From Schizochytrium sp. TIO01 (taxonomy: Eukaryota; Protista; Bigyra: Labyrinthulomycetes): DNA of 64,000 bases. The translations under genes and the position numbers were made by a program. Within the stretch, counting starts at the first letter, position 1. Each line of letters starts with the position of its first letter. Below the pieces are notes generated by a model that worked only from the letters and a program-made list of their open reading frames with translations, ran no database searches and had not been told where the DNA came from. Positions 1 through 10,775 of the stretch are shown here, in pieces. Location: assembly GCA_004764695.1 (NCBI GenBank), contig SMSO01000034.1:2294001-2358000 (forward strand), read 5' to 3'.

Positions 1-99
1 GATCTTGATCAAGCCTAAAACACCAAGGTTGAAAGCCTTGCCTTGAGATTCGTAGAAAGTCTTTCGAGTTAGGTACAACGCTGAGTCGCATAGCTGAAA

Positions 100-1590
100 A
101 TGGCAAAATCATCCTCTTCATCAGGCCGAGGCCCATCCGATTCTATCGTGGATGCGAACCGCAAATTCGTGCGCCAGGTTTCTGAACTTCTCAAGGGTCT
201 TGAAGAAACTGGTGCTGGCCTGAGCAAGTCTGCGCAGTCTCGGCTCGCGCAGCTTCGCTCCAACATCCAGGAGCAGCAAGATGAAGTTCTACCGCGTCTT
301 GCCTCAACAATCAGCATGCTTGAGGAGCGCCGTGATGGCATTAGCGAACGTGCGAAGCCTGTGGTGCGTCGCGTAGTTACTGGCCGTGAGGAAATGTCCA
401 TCCACGATTGGCTCAACAAGTATACGGTGGTGAAAACCATGGACAAGATCACTTATGTCGTGTCCATTCTATTCTTGCAGGCCACGCAGTACATGTCCAT
501 GCGCTTCCCAGAATACTTTCGTTTCTACTTTGCCTTGGCAACCGTGTTCCTTCTGTCTGCTCGTGTGTACATGTACGGCAAGATGAACATGCAGTACTTC
601 TTGTATGATTACTGTTACCTCACTAACCTTCTCTGCGTCATTAATGCCTTGGTGCAGCCAAACAACGCCTTCTTTTGGCAAATCAACTTTGTTGCAGCTA
701 ATGGTCCTCTTATGTGGGCTATTGTGGCATGGCGTAACAGTCTTGTGTTCCATGACATTGACAAAGTTACCAGCACCTTCATTCACTTTGCCCCGGCACT
801 TTTGACTTACACTACGCGCTGGAACTTGCACCCTTCGCCTATGTGCCCTCCAGGGTCAAACTCTTGCTCTCTTAATACTATGACCGCCTTTGTTGTGCCA
901 ATGATTGTTTACATTGCCTGGCAGGCGATGTACCTCATCATCACTGAAAAGGTTGACCGCGCAAAGTTCCAACAGGATCCTTCGCTCATGACTAGCCTTC
1001 GCTGGATTGTGCGCGACAAGAAGAATTCTGTGCATCACCTCATGGTCAAGGTTGGTCGCGACCTTGGCCTTCTTGGCGCCGAGGAGGAGCTTGATCTTGA
1101 TCGCAGACCCGCAGTGCCCATCGGACTTTTTGTGACCTTTCAGCTCATCTTCACCATTCTTACATTCTTGCCGGCACCGATCTTCTTCATGTCGCAGTTT
1201 GCTCACCGTCTTTTGATTATTTGTGTGGGTATTGTCGCCCTCTGGAATGGCGCAGGCTTTCTTTTTGAAGTTTTTGTCAAGCGCTATGAGGACTCTCTCC
1301 AAAAGCGCTCGAGTCAGCCTCGCGATAGCAAGCTTCAACGCAAGTCTTCTTCTTCTTCGGAACGCCGTTCTTCTCAGTCAAGCTCCAAGGGTGATTCATC
1401 GTCAGGTGCCCGTGCAAAGGGATTTTGTGCTGCTCCTAATGCTGCCGACCGTGAAGAGCTCAAGAAATCTCTTCTGTCAGAACATCCTATTCAGGAGTCT
1501 GATGAAGAAGATGATGATGCTCAGTATGAAGATGCGCCTGAGAGCGACGATGAGCATGATGACAAGGACAGCAGCCGTAATCGCAAGTAG
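100..1590 (+). CDS. GPC1: Glycerophosphocholine acyltransferase (GPC1/GPCAT, DUF2838 family), polytopic membrane protein
   Basis: 496-aa ORF with family motifs YFLYDYCY, GPLMWAIVAWRNSLVFHDIDKVTSTFIH, WQAMYLIIT, LMTSLRW and WNGAGF; several TM helices; acidic low-complexity C-tail. Confidence 0.88.
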   Translation: MAKSSSSSGRGPSDSIVDANRKFVRQVSELLKGLEETGAGLSKSAQSRLAQLRSNIQEQQDEVLPRLASTISMLEERRDGISERAKPVVRRVVTGREEMSIHDWLNKYTVVKTMDKITYVVSILFLQATQYMSMRFPEYFRFYFALATVFLLSARVYMYGKMNMQYFLYDYCYLTNLLCVINALVQPNNAFFWQINFVAANGPLMWAIVAWRNSLVFHDIDKVTSTFIHFAPALLTYTTRWNLHPSPMCPPGSNSCSLNTMTAFVVPMIVYIAWQAMYLIITEKVDRAKFQQDPSLMTSLRWIVRDKKNSVHHLMVKVGRDLGLLGAEEELDLDRRPAVPIGLFVTFQLIFTILTFLPAPIFFMSQFAHRLLIICVGIVALWNGAGFLFEVFVKRYEDSLQKRSSQPRDSKLQRKSSSSSERRSSQSSSKGDSSSGARAKGFCAAPNAADREELKKSLLSEHPIQESDEEDDDAQYEDAPESDDEHDDKDSSRNRK

Positions 1591-2211
1591 AAATACACAT
1601 ATCTTGACAATCTATCATAATGCAGGCTGATAAGCACCAACAGGCGTTGGGTTTGGTCTGGTGGCGTGTGAGTGCATGATTTTATATCCCTTACTTTAGC
1701 TCCTTGTGCCAACTATTCAATTATTTTTATACTTTACTTGTATCTATGCTCTTGATGAGCAGGTCTTCAATTTTGACTAAAAATATTCACTTACATTTGC
1801 ATTTTTTCTCTTACCCTAGCGGAATTGGAGAGTTGGAGAGTTAATGTTTGCCTTTTAAAAAGTTGTCAGGGAAAATATCTTGAGCTCTCAATACTCCAGT
1901 CAATGTCTGCATTTCAGCATTACATATCTATACTATTCTTTAAATACACTCTTTCGTTGTATCAATTACACATTTTTTTAATATATTTGATCAAGAAGAC
2001 AATGCGCAAAAACCTGAGCAAGACAAGATTGTGGCACCCTGAGGCAAATTTATAGTCAACTTGCTCCCTGTTCCTTTTGTGTTTCGTACTCCACCAATTA
2101 TATTATAAAAGTTTTACTACATAGAAAATTAAAAAAAATAGAGGTATCAACCTAGCAAACCTTGAAAAGCATTCAAGCAGACAACAAGCTGCGTCGCGAC
2201 TGACTCTCACC

Positions 2212-3186
2212 ATGTCAACTTCGGACCATGTTGCTGATGAAACCCTCGCCAATGCGGCTTCTTCTTCGTCTTCAACTTCTGTCGCTGAATCTACTGCCAC
2301 TCCTGCAGAAGCTCCTGTAGCGACGTTGTCATCAACAACATCATCTTCATCAACATCAATCACAGCACCTCCGTCAGATCCCGCAGGAAGTGAATCCAAC
2401 CACCCTGAAGATGGTCCAGAGCCCGATGTAGAATCTGATAAGGAGGTCGCACCCTCTGAGGCTACTGCGGAGCCGAATCCTAGTCAGACGTCATCTTCGC
2501 AGCGAGGAGTCCTTGTTTTCAGTCTTGGAGGCGCGTTGATCCTTGCTCTTCGCAACAAATCGCTCTCGGATCTGCCTCGACGCGAGCTCGACGGTAGTCT
2601 TGTCGTGAAGCGCGGTGAAATCATCAAAAGCTTTCTTGTTCAAGGTAAAGCTGTGCGTCTTCGTAGACAAGGTGCCAAAAGTGCAGAAGCTCAATACCGT
2701 TGGAACTGCCCTCAATACAAAGATTGTCCCGTCGGGTATCAACTTTGCAGATGGGATGAACCTGAAGAGGAACCGCACATTTTCCTTTACGAGGACATGG
2801 TATTCCCATCTGCAGAATCTGCTATTAAGGAGGTTGTGCGCACAGCACCCAAGATCAAGGTCCCTGCGTGCTTCAGGTTTACTCACGGAGCACTTCGTGT
2901 GGCCGTCAAGCCTGTATTCAGTATGTCCAGGCCCTTTGCAGAAATCCAGGAAGGTGGCAATGTCCTGGCTCTTGGAGTTCCATGCTCTCCTGATGATCCA
3001 GAAGACGTGCGAGGAAGTGCTCTCATTTCAAGAGCTGCACAGCACATATTCTCATGCTCTGAGCGCAATGTTCGTCTCGACTGGGACCCTCGAGTGAACA
3101 ACCTGGTTCTCGTTGTGAAGAGTAACAAGACAGCCCAATTGCATCTTGCAGTGGAGCGCAATATCCAAGCTTTACAGGAAGCATAG
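2212..3186 (+). CDS. Hypothetical protein (Ser/Thr/Glu-rich N-terminal ~95 aa plus a globular region of unknown family)
   Basis: 324-aa ORF with good ATG context (ctcaccATG), coding-like codon usage and AT-rich flanks; no motif recognised. Confidence 0.7.
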   Translation: MSTSDHVADETLANAASSSSSTSVAESTATPAEAPVATLSSTTSSSSTSITAPPSDPAGSESNHPEDGPEPDVESDKEVAPSEATAEPNPSQTSSSQRGVLVFSLGGALILALRNKSLSDLPRRELDGSLVVKRGEIIKSFLVQGKAVRLRRQGAKSAEAQYRWNCPQYKDCPVGYQLCRWDEPEEEPHIFLYEDMVFPSAESAIKEVVRTAPKIKVPACFRFTHGALRVAVKPVFSMSRPFAEIQEGGNVLALGVPCSPDDPEDVRGSALISRAAQHIFSCSERNVRLDWDPRVNNLVLVVKSNKTAQLHLAVERNIQALQEA

Positions 3187-4538
3187 AATGATTTTTGACA
3201 GCAGCTTAATTTATTTTCCGGACAGCATTCATTCTATGGGCAACAAGCGTCTGGGTTTTGTCGATTCTTTTCCTACTTAAGGTTTTGATATAAAGACCTG
3301 CATAGGCATACAAGAAAAAATTAGAAATCAAGTGGACAAGGTGATTAAGTTAATACCTGAGCAAAATATGACCATCAAGACAGATTAACCAAGAGAAGAG
3401 ACACATGCCAAGCCATTTTCTTCATAAGGCAATGTTGTCTCATAGGAGGAGGAGGCACGGTGTACGTCAGAATATCACTGTGGATCAAGAACTTGGACAG
3501 ATTCGAATGCCATATAGAAAGTGCTCACAAAGTGCTCACAAAGTACTTGTATGTAAATGTACGAAATATATATCGATGTGTGTAAAAAAAAGAACAATGC
3601 AACAGCTCTGAAACGATTCTTCAGGGGAATTGTGATCATAACTCCACACTTTAGACAATGAGCTCTACCCCTCTCCTTTTTCACTTTTCTTGTGTGGTGG
3701 ACCAGAAGGTCTGGTTGTGCCTATCGTAATGATTTTCTGAACTGGCCTCGGCTGTCTTGAGGGGCGTATCCATGGAGTCAACGAAACAGAGGACAAAGGA
3801 GATAATAGAATTTGAAGAGTAAAGAAAGGGAAGTAGTAGTAAAAGTAGTAGTAAAAGTAAAGTAGGTATGTTGTGTTACTCGAGAGGTGCTGAAGGGCGA
3901 ATACAAAGGAGAAACGTCAGAAAGCATTTTCGCGAGTCCAACAAGACGGTAAGGCGAGGGTATGACACAGCCGACCAGTCGTCTGACTACAGATAGATGG
4001 AAGAATGAAAGAATGAACGAATGCTGATAGATCTCGCGGTAGCTATAATGCGAGAGGGTGAAAGAGCGCCATTCAAGAGCAAAGATTTAATGGAGAACAA
4101 AGGGATGGTCCAACGAGATCCATCCACAGATATGTGAGATAGTAGGTAAGCAAGGTAAGAACAAATAGGGCGAAAGAAGAAACGAAGAACTCTACACTCG
4201 CTCGCAATCCAACGCCGACCTCATGCATCGGCGCATTGCGTGACCGAGATGAAATCTCCAACGATGATGTAAGTGAGAAGAACTTGAGGGCACAGGTACC
4301 TCCATACAGTAAAGTAAAAATAGCACGGAGGTTTAAGCGGGGCCTCCCAAACAAGGTCCCAAATCTCAACCTGTGTTGAACCCCTCAAAAGAACAAAAAG
4401 ACATCTCTGCAGAGCTTTCCCGTTCCGCACAAATTCAATGTGCGAAATAGGATGGATACATGCATTTTTGTGTTTGTCATATCTTCATCGAGCTCACAAT
4501 CTTCCTTGAAGCAAACTTCTCCGCGAAAATATTCATGC

Positions 4539-5231
4539 TTAGGCGGCCATCTCCTTCTCGAGCTCCCTGAGTGCTGCCTCGTCGTCGTCCACAATAGCCG
4601 GCTTGTGGGTGGGAGCCGCTGGGAGCGCCGAAAAGTCGTCGTTGATTTGTTTCTTGGGTGCCACAGGCACCTTGGGCAAAGCATCGAGCTCCTCTTCGAG
4701 TCCCGCCGCCTCGAGTTCTGCAAGTTCGTCCTCGAGTTCGCCATCGTCTTCGAAGCCCATGGGCGTGCCAATGGCATCGTCGATCTCGTTCTGCTGCTGC
4801 TGGAGCTCAGCAATATCATCCTGAAGTTCTGCGACATCATCAGGGTTGACAGAAGATTGTACAGACTGCATCGCGTTGCGGCCAGTCTTCATAGCCTGGA
4901 CGATATCCACGGTGACCGAGGAGGACTCGAGGGTGAGGATCTGTTGCTCGAGGTTCAGGACACCATTGTTGATCTTGTTGACCTCCTTCTCGTACATCTT
5001 CTTGCGCTTCAGGTGCTGCAGCGCGCCGTTCTTGTCGCCCTTCTTGGACTTGGCCTTGGCCAGGAGCAGCTCCTGCTGCATCTTCTTGTCCAAAAAGTCG
5101 CGCCGGGCCTCCAAGCGAGACACAGTCTGCTTCATCTGTGCAGCCTGGTCCACCGTCTTGGACACCACCGGCTGCTTCGCGGGAGCAGGACCGCGGGCGG
5201 CAGCGGCAGGCTTGGACTTATCGTTGCCCAT
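4539..5231 (-). CDS. SNF7: ESCRT-III subunit, Snf7/Vps32/CHMP4-like
   Basis: Start reassigned to the ATG at 5231 (MGNDKSK). Basic N-half ALQHLKRKKMYEKE..LEQQILTLE, acidic C-half DDIAE..EIDDAIGTPMGFEDDGELEDELAELE, LPKVP and a terminal ALRELEKEM helix. Confidence 0.9.
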   Translation of the reverse strand: MGNDKSKPAAAARGPAPAKQPVVSKTVDQAAQMKQTVSRLEARRDFLDKKMQQELLLAKAKSKKGDKNGALQHLKRKKMYEKEVNKINNGVLNLEQQILTLESSSVTVDIVQAMKTGRNAMQSVQSSVNPDDVAELQDDIAELQQQQNEIDDAIGTPMGFEDDGELEDELAELEAAGLEEELDALPKVPVAPKKQINDDFSALPAAPTHKPAIVDDDEAALRELEKEMAA

Positions 5232-5303
5232 GGTGCAGAAGAGCGCGAGAGACACGAGAGATGAAGGGGATCCGGGGAAGGCTGCGATTCGGCTTTGCGG
5301 AAA

Positions 5304-5337
5304 AGAAGACGAAGAAGAAGAAGAAGAAGAAGAAGAA
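5304..5337. repeat. (GAA)n microsatellite upstream of SNF7
   Basis: Read directly from the sequence. Confidence 0.9.
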
Positions 5338-6315
5338 AGAAAAAGAAGAATAGGAAAACTATTCCCACTATACGACAGAAAATACCACACTATACAAGAT
5401 CGGCCGATACTATAGAGAATTTAGAATACTGCACTTGTGTGTGATCCTATGTTCTATAATGTACTCGAAAACTTGCACTTTACAGAGTACGTGATGTTCA
5501 GAACAGATGCTATCTGGATAGATAGATAGGCTTAGCTGGATAGATATTTGCCACCTATGATAAAAAAATATAAATAACTTATCACAAAGGTGCTTACGGT
5601 ACCTACTTCAATTCGTCTGTACAGAAGAAAACTTGAGAGGAGTACTTTGAAGGAATCAATTCGTGAACTTGAATCGTGAGAATTACTCGCGATAACGGCA
5701 CCGTCGTGATTCAATGTCTGAAGAAGTAGCGGGCAAATGAAAAAGTATGAACGTCCGAATCGAGGCGCAGAAGGTAAGCGAAACTTATCCATGTATTACA
5801 ATAAATAGCAAATGTAATGCCATGAAAAGCAGAAAACCTGAGCGAAACTTTACTATATCCTGCCCGCCGCCTCGAGCTTGACCAAGAGCAGGTCCTGGTG
5901 CACGTTGTGAAAGCTCGGAGAGTGGTGTTTGTTTGTAGCGAAAAGGTGAAGGTTGATTGCCAGGAGAGTAGACGCTAGAAAGTCTTCTTCGGGACAGTCA
6001 GTCAGACACAACCTACAAAGGAATAACTTTTTCAACGACGATGGGTCGCCAAACAATGGCGAGGTGATTATTTAGTAGTCTATAAAGCTGCAAAGCCAAC
6101 ACCATGGTTTACAAGAATGGAAATAAAATCAGGCTCAAACCTCGAGTTACTCGGCTCTCAAGAAACATTGAGGAGATTATCATCCACGATCTCTCTGAGT
6201 CTTTCTTTTCTGTTCAGCTCTTCTTATTATCTTCGACCGACTTTTTCTACCATAGTAGTAGTTAAGGAAAGGAGGTAGGTACATCTAATCATTATGATTT
6301 TTAGAAATGTTATTA

Positions 6316-6347
<32 letters not shown>

Positions 6348-7483
6348 AATTAAATACCACCTTCGGTGTTCGTTCTTTCAAGAGAGAACGAAAACCGCTC
6401 ATTACAATAACATACGGATTCAGCTGGGCCGGCAGCTGGCTCGTGAGCCGTGGAGCTCTTCAATTGAGAGCTCCAAGCCGTTCTGGACCCACAAAGCCAC
6501 GCTGGCTTAGATTGAAACCAACACACAGTTTGCAAATCTTTACGAGCCTAGAACTTGGCTTTGTAAGTACAGCCTGGAATGCAAGGCGAGTTGAAACTGG
6601 CTTCGGCAGCTTGGTAGGTGTGCGCACCTCCGTGGTGTACCAACTTTAAGGGATATGTCCTATGGTTTAGGGTAGGCGAACTCCTAACACCGGGGTCTTG
6701 GGCGAGGGAAAGCCAGCATTTGCCGTGATCCTTGTCATTTCGATGGATGACTTGGAGCTTGAAGAGATTGAAATAAAGGACCCACAAGGTTTTACGAAGT
6801 CTAAAGATTCAAGCTGGAGCGACTGAAGTTTAGTGTTAAACATTGGAGAGGACACTACGATGAAATAGCAAAGGATCGGTATGCTCCGATTGGTTTCGTC
6901 AACACATTTGCAGATCGTTTCTGTCGCAGTTCTTGAATGGTCAGGTTCTTCCTTTAAGCACGTATCTCCAAGCATGGATGAGATGTTGAAAAACAGAAAC
7001 GACGCATAAGTTCGGCCAAGTCAAGAGCTGTCTCAGCTCTGACATTCACTACTGTAGTTTAGGGAAGTTCTATTTTTAAAGTTCGGAAAGATGAACCGGC
7101 TAACTCGGAGAACAAAATGGCCAGTGTCATACAGCGTTGAACACCGGTTAAGAGCTTAATAGAGCCGCAACACGTGCAGTCAAGAATGATATGACGATAC
7201 TATTGCCGACCTTCGCTTCTGGTGTGGATATTATTGAATTCCAGAGCCGCAGCTCACTAGCGGGAAAAAAGTAGACGAGGAAATTCATAATTTTACTTTG
7301 TAGATTAATATGTTATATTAAATGTGCACGAGGTGGTTCCAGCACCTGAAACGATTGTGGTTGATTTGTTGTGTTAGCGATAACACAGATACTAGTATAT
7401 GTAAGTTGACAAATAGTACGTGATAATTCTCATTCATCTCTGATAGCTCAATGTACAAGGAAAATGTGTCCAAAGAGAACAGC

Positions 7484-8989
7484 TTAATCTTCATTTAACT
7501 GAAGACCTTCATTTAACTGAAGACCTTCTGCATCCAAGAGACGCTGAAAGTCAATTGGGACACTGGGCTCGATAATTTCACTCTGGCTTCGAGATCGCCG
7601 CGACCGAGAGCGATAAGCCCTAGCATGGTGAGGGCAGTACTTCCCTTTTGATGCCGGTTTCTCTGTGCAATCAGGATCTGCGCAGCCCATCTCCTTGCTA
7701 TGCTTTAAACAAAGGCCAATACGTACTACCAAGGCCTCGCAGTCATCCCGAGTACACCGTTGGCCACCACCATGCATGTGGCAAAAACCTCCCTTCAAGG
7801 CAAGCTTATCACAATCAGCAGCCTCGCAGCGAGGACCACCGCCGTGATAATGGCACATACCTCCTTTCAAGGCTTGGCGAGAACACCCGTGCGTATCGCA
7901 GCGCTTGCCACCGCCATGTTGAACACATAATCCTCCTGTTTTGGCAAGAAATGAGCAATTGGGGTAATCACAACGTACACCTCCACCATGGTCACGACAA
8001 GCCCCATCAGCCTGAGCGATTTTACTGCAGCCTTGAAAGGAGCACCGGCGCCCGCCTCCATGTGCACAGCATAAACCTCGAGACTGTACAAGCCGATTGC
8101 AATCAACAATTTTACAGCGCCTTCCTCCGCCGTGTGCCTTGCAGAGTGGCCCTCCTTGGGGCCGAGACGAGCACCCAGGATGCGAGCACCGGCGCCCATT
8201 ATGTGTTCTGCAGCGTCCACGACTGCTTACCACATTTGTGCATCCCTTTTCTGAGCACAAACCTGAATCAGCTGTTGACTGTGCTGTTAGTAAATGCTGC
8301 GTATGATCACGTGGCTGACGAGGCCTTGTTATAATAACCCTAGGGCTAGTTGTATCAATGACAATTTCATTGAGAGACTCTGTGTCAATATCTCGTGATG
8401 TAGTATCGTGCAGATGAGGGTTACTTCCCTGGTGCAGGAGTTCGTCACTTTGGACTTCTTGCCGCAAGCTTTTTCGCCGACGCTTCGACGCTCGTGTAGG
8501 AGTAAGAGCTGCTTGCAGACCAGCAGCATCAACTTCACTTTGCTGATCATCTGCCGTAAGTAAACTCATCTCCAAGACACCATTATCCTTTCTGCCTTCA
8601 ATGAGTGAGTGGATTTCCTGCGGCGAAGACTCCGCGAATTTTGACCCTGAAGTATTTGCAGCAGTGATTCCATTTCTGGCATGAGAGCTGCGTGGTGCGT
8701 GGTTGGCAATATCTCTGTGAAAATCGGATTGGTTTTCATCAAGGTGCCCAGTTTTGTCTGTTCCTGCAGCACCCACACCCAAGCTGTATGAGACATTTTT
8801 CGTCCCAATGGCGATATTGTTATCGCCACTAACTCCTAAGAGGTTTGAATCCTCTTTGTCAGCGGAATCCTGGACAAGCTCGTGGCTGCCCATGTTACTG
8901 CGTCGCGGGTTCCGACGTTTTGCCTGAGGAGAACGGAGGCCACCAATGAACGCGGTGTCCCGCCGAGTGTTTCCTCGCGCAGAGCGCAT
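7484..8989 (-). CDS. Protein with nine tandem C-x4-C-x9/10-C-x2-H(GGG) zinc-finger repeats (WRKY19-like, stramenopile-type); probable nucleic-acid-binding regulator
   Basis: Repeats such as CKIVDCNRLVQSRGLCCAHGGGRR at ~7625-8260; disordered N-half with basic KRRRK NLS. First ATG at 8989, alternative at 8893. Confidence 0.85.
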   Translation of the reverse strand: MRSARGNTRRDTAFIGGLRSPQAKRRNPRRSNMGSHELVQDSADKEDSNLLGVSGDNNIAIGTKNVSYSLGVGAAGTDKTGHLDENQSDFHRDIANHAPRSSHARNGITAANTSGSKFAESSPQEIHSLIEGRKDNGVLEMSLLTADDQQSEVDAAGLQAALTPTRASKRRRKSLRQEVQSDELLHQGSNPHLHDTTSRDIDTESLNEIVIDTTSPRVIITRPRQPRDHTQHLLTAQSTADSGLCSEKGCTNVVSSRGRCRTHNGRRCSHPGCSSRPQGGPLCKAHGGGRRCKIVDCNRLVQSRGLCCAHGGGRRCSFQGCSKIAQADGACRDHGGGVRCDYPNCSFLAKTGGLCVQHGGGKRCDTHGCSRQALKGGMCHYHGGGPRCEAADCDKLALKGGFCHMHGGGQRCTRDDCEALVVRIGLCLKHSKEMGCADPDCTEKPASKGKYCPHHARAYRSRSRRSRSQSEIIEPSVPIDFQRLLDAEGLQLNEGLQLNED

Positions 8990-9836
8990 CGCGCTGCGAG
9001 CCCTAGAGACTCCCAAGGGTCACGCAGCGAGCCTGGAATCGGGGTTTGCCGCCCTTCACGCCAGTAACCAAATAGAACCAATACGGAACCGGTGCAGAAC
9101 GCGCGATCAAAATTGGGATGGCGAGATGGAATAGGGCTTTTGCAGCATCTGTACAGCAAGAGAAAGCTCCAAAGCTGGTTTAGGTAGGTTAAGGCGCGCC
9201 TTTTGAATCATAATCCCCTGAGAATGCGATGAATGAGACAACGATTTGAGATAGCGAATGTTGAGGAAACTTAGTTTATGCGTTGAGTTTTGATTGGGAG
9301 GTGACCTGATGAGGGTATAGATAGCTTCAGGAAAGAAATGTTTCGGATAAGCAAACAAAGATATCAAGCACAAACTAAATCGATATTGAAAAGTGGCCTG
9401 CAAACAATTTCTGGAAAGGCACATTTTATATATTTGGCCTCAGTCAACTACGATGGAATTACACAGCAGCAGCACGCGCCAAAAGTTGTATAAATTCATA
9501 AGAGGTAAGCTGACCAATAAGGAAGAGAAATGCATTTGTTCAAGAAAAGTCCACACCAAAGCATTTGAAAATGAAAGATAACAGTAAAAGAAAGTATACA
9601 TTTAGGTGTTTATAGCGACCCTTTGGCGCCTTTTTGTGAAAGTTAGGATGGTATGATAAAAAACGAGGAGGCCAGTTCTCGTGGTGTGGCTTAAATTTCT
9701 TCCCTTGGCTGATGATGATGCGTAGCCCGCTCCCCTCAGCTAGCTAGCAATGACAAACAAGCATGCATTTGCGTGTGGTGCAAAGGAATTGCCTGGATAT
9801 TGCACGCATGCACGTCGTGTGAGCCAGCGAACGGAC

Positions 9837-10775
9837 TTAGAAGCCTGGGCGGAGCACCTGAGCGATGCTGTGTACCTTCGTGTCGGTACCGGTGTTGGTG
9901 TGACCGTGGAAGTTGTTAATTTTTGCGCCACTACCGTTGCCCTTAAAGGCATTGTCACGACCTGCGAGACCACGGCCCTTGCCAGTGGAGGTGTCAAAAC
10001 GGTGACGATGGGCGCCAGTGTAGAGACGCGGGTCAGTGAGCTTGTCGAAGATGTCACGCTTGCTGTTGTTGCGACGAGGCGGAGTCTCCATATCCTGCTG
10101 CTTGGACTCGCTGTTGATCTCGCGCTCGTAGTGGGAGGACGGAAAGGCCGGAGAGATGGGCTCGCGGTTCTTCTGGCGAGAACGAAAGGATCCACCAGAG
10201 GGAGGCGAGGAAGGAGGAGGAGGCACCGAGAGATCCTTGGTCGGGACAAGGTACGGCACGACCCAGGTCGTTTCCTTAGTAATGCGGTTCACGTAGTAGA
10301 AGCGATCATGCTCGCCAGTGTAGTTAGGGTTCTCAACCTCGTAGTAGTCCGGGTGGAGACGGGCCATCGCACGCGGCTGCTTAGACGGGGTCGGGGAGAC
10401 ATCTTGCTCAGGGGTGTTGGCCTCGCTTCCACTGCTGCTGTGCGAGCGAGCAGATTCCTGAGGCACGAGAGAGTTGATCTTTGGGCCAGAAGACTGGATG
10501 ATCTTAAGGACAATCTCAGCGTGGGACTGACGGAGCTTGGAGGCCCAGTGGCGAGTGCAGTCAACGAACTGGTTGAAGTCAATACGCTGCTTGCCCTTGG
10601 TCTTGCACTGCGCAAAGATGAGGTCAATGTCAGTAGTCGTCAGTACACGGCCCACAAGTCCACAATCCTTTGCGAGCTTCTGGCAGGATCGGCTGTCCAT
10701 AAGGACAGGGCCACCACCGGTGCGGTTGCCAAAGGTGGCAAAGCGAGAGTAAACCTTGCGAAGTTCTGTCTCCAT
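9837..10775 (-). CDS. TPPP/p25alpha-family tubulin-binding protein with an internal WW domain
   Basis: Start at ATG 10775 (METELRK). p25alpha N-part MDSRSCQKLAKDCGL..TTTDIDLIFAQCK..IDFNQF; C-part IFDKLTDPRLYTGAHRHRFD..GKGRGLAGR; WW-like LHPDYYEV..FYYVNRITKETTWVVP between them. Confidence 0.85.
   Translation of the reverse strand: METELRKVYSRFATFGNRTGGGPVLMDSRSCQKLAKDCGLVGRVLTTTDIDLIFAQCKTKGKQRIDFNQFVDCTRHWASKLRQSHAEIVLKIIQSSGPKINSLVPQESARSHSSSGSEANTPEQDVSPTPSKQPRAMARLHPDYYEVENPNYTGEHDRFYYVNRITKETTWVVPYLVPTKDLSVPPPPSSPPSGGSFRSRQKNREPISPAFPSSHYEREINSESKQQDMETPPRRNNSKRDIFDKLTDPRLYTGAHRHRFDTSTGKGRGLAGRDNAFKGNGSGAKINNFHGHTNTGTDTKVHSIAQVLRPGF

Noticed and set aside
4440-5264. 274-aa + strand ORF
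   Set aside because: Antisense shadow of SNF7 caused by codon bias; no motifs.
5232-5390. N-terminal extension of the SNF7 ORF (poly-Ser)
   Set aside because: Non-ATG start running through a (GAA)n microsatellite; the eukaryotic start is the ATG at 5231. Non-ATG extensions of TPPP, COQ5, the nucleotidase, the transporter and the IP6K fusion were trimmed for the same reason.
6664-6673. GGTTTAGGGT telomere-like word (telomerase template?)
   Set aside because: Only ~1.4 units, expected by chance; no supporting structure recognised.
9215-9335. TPP riboswitch-like words CTGAGA ... ACCTGAT
   Set aside because: Spacing and the P5/GCG-AGGG elements do not fit, and there is no thiamine gene nearby.
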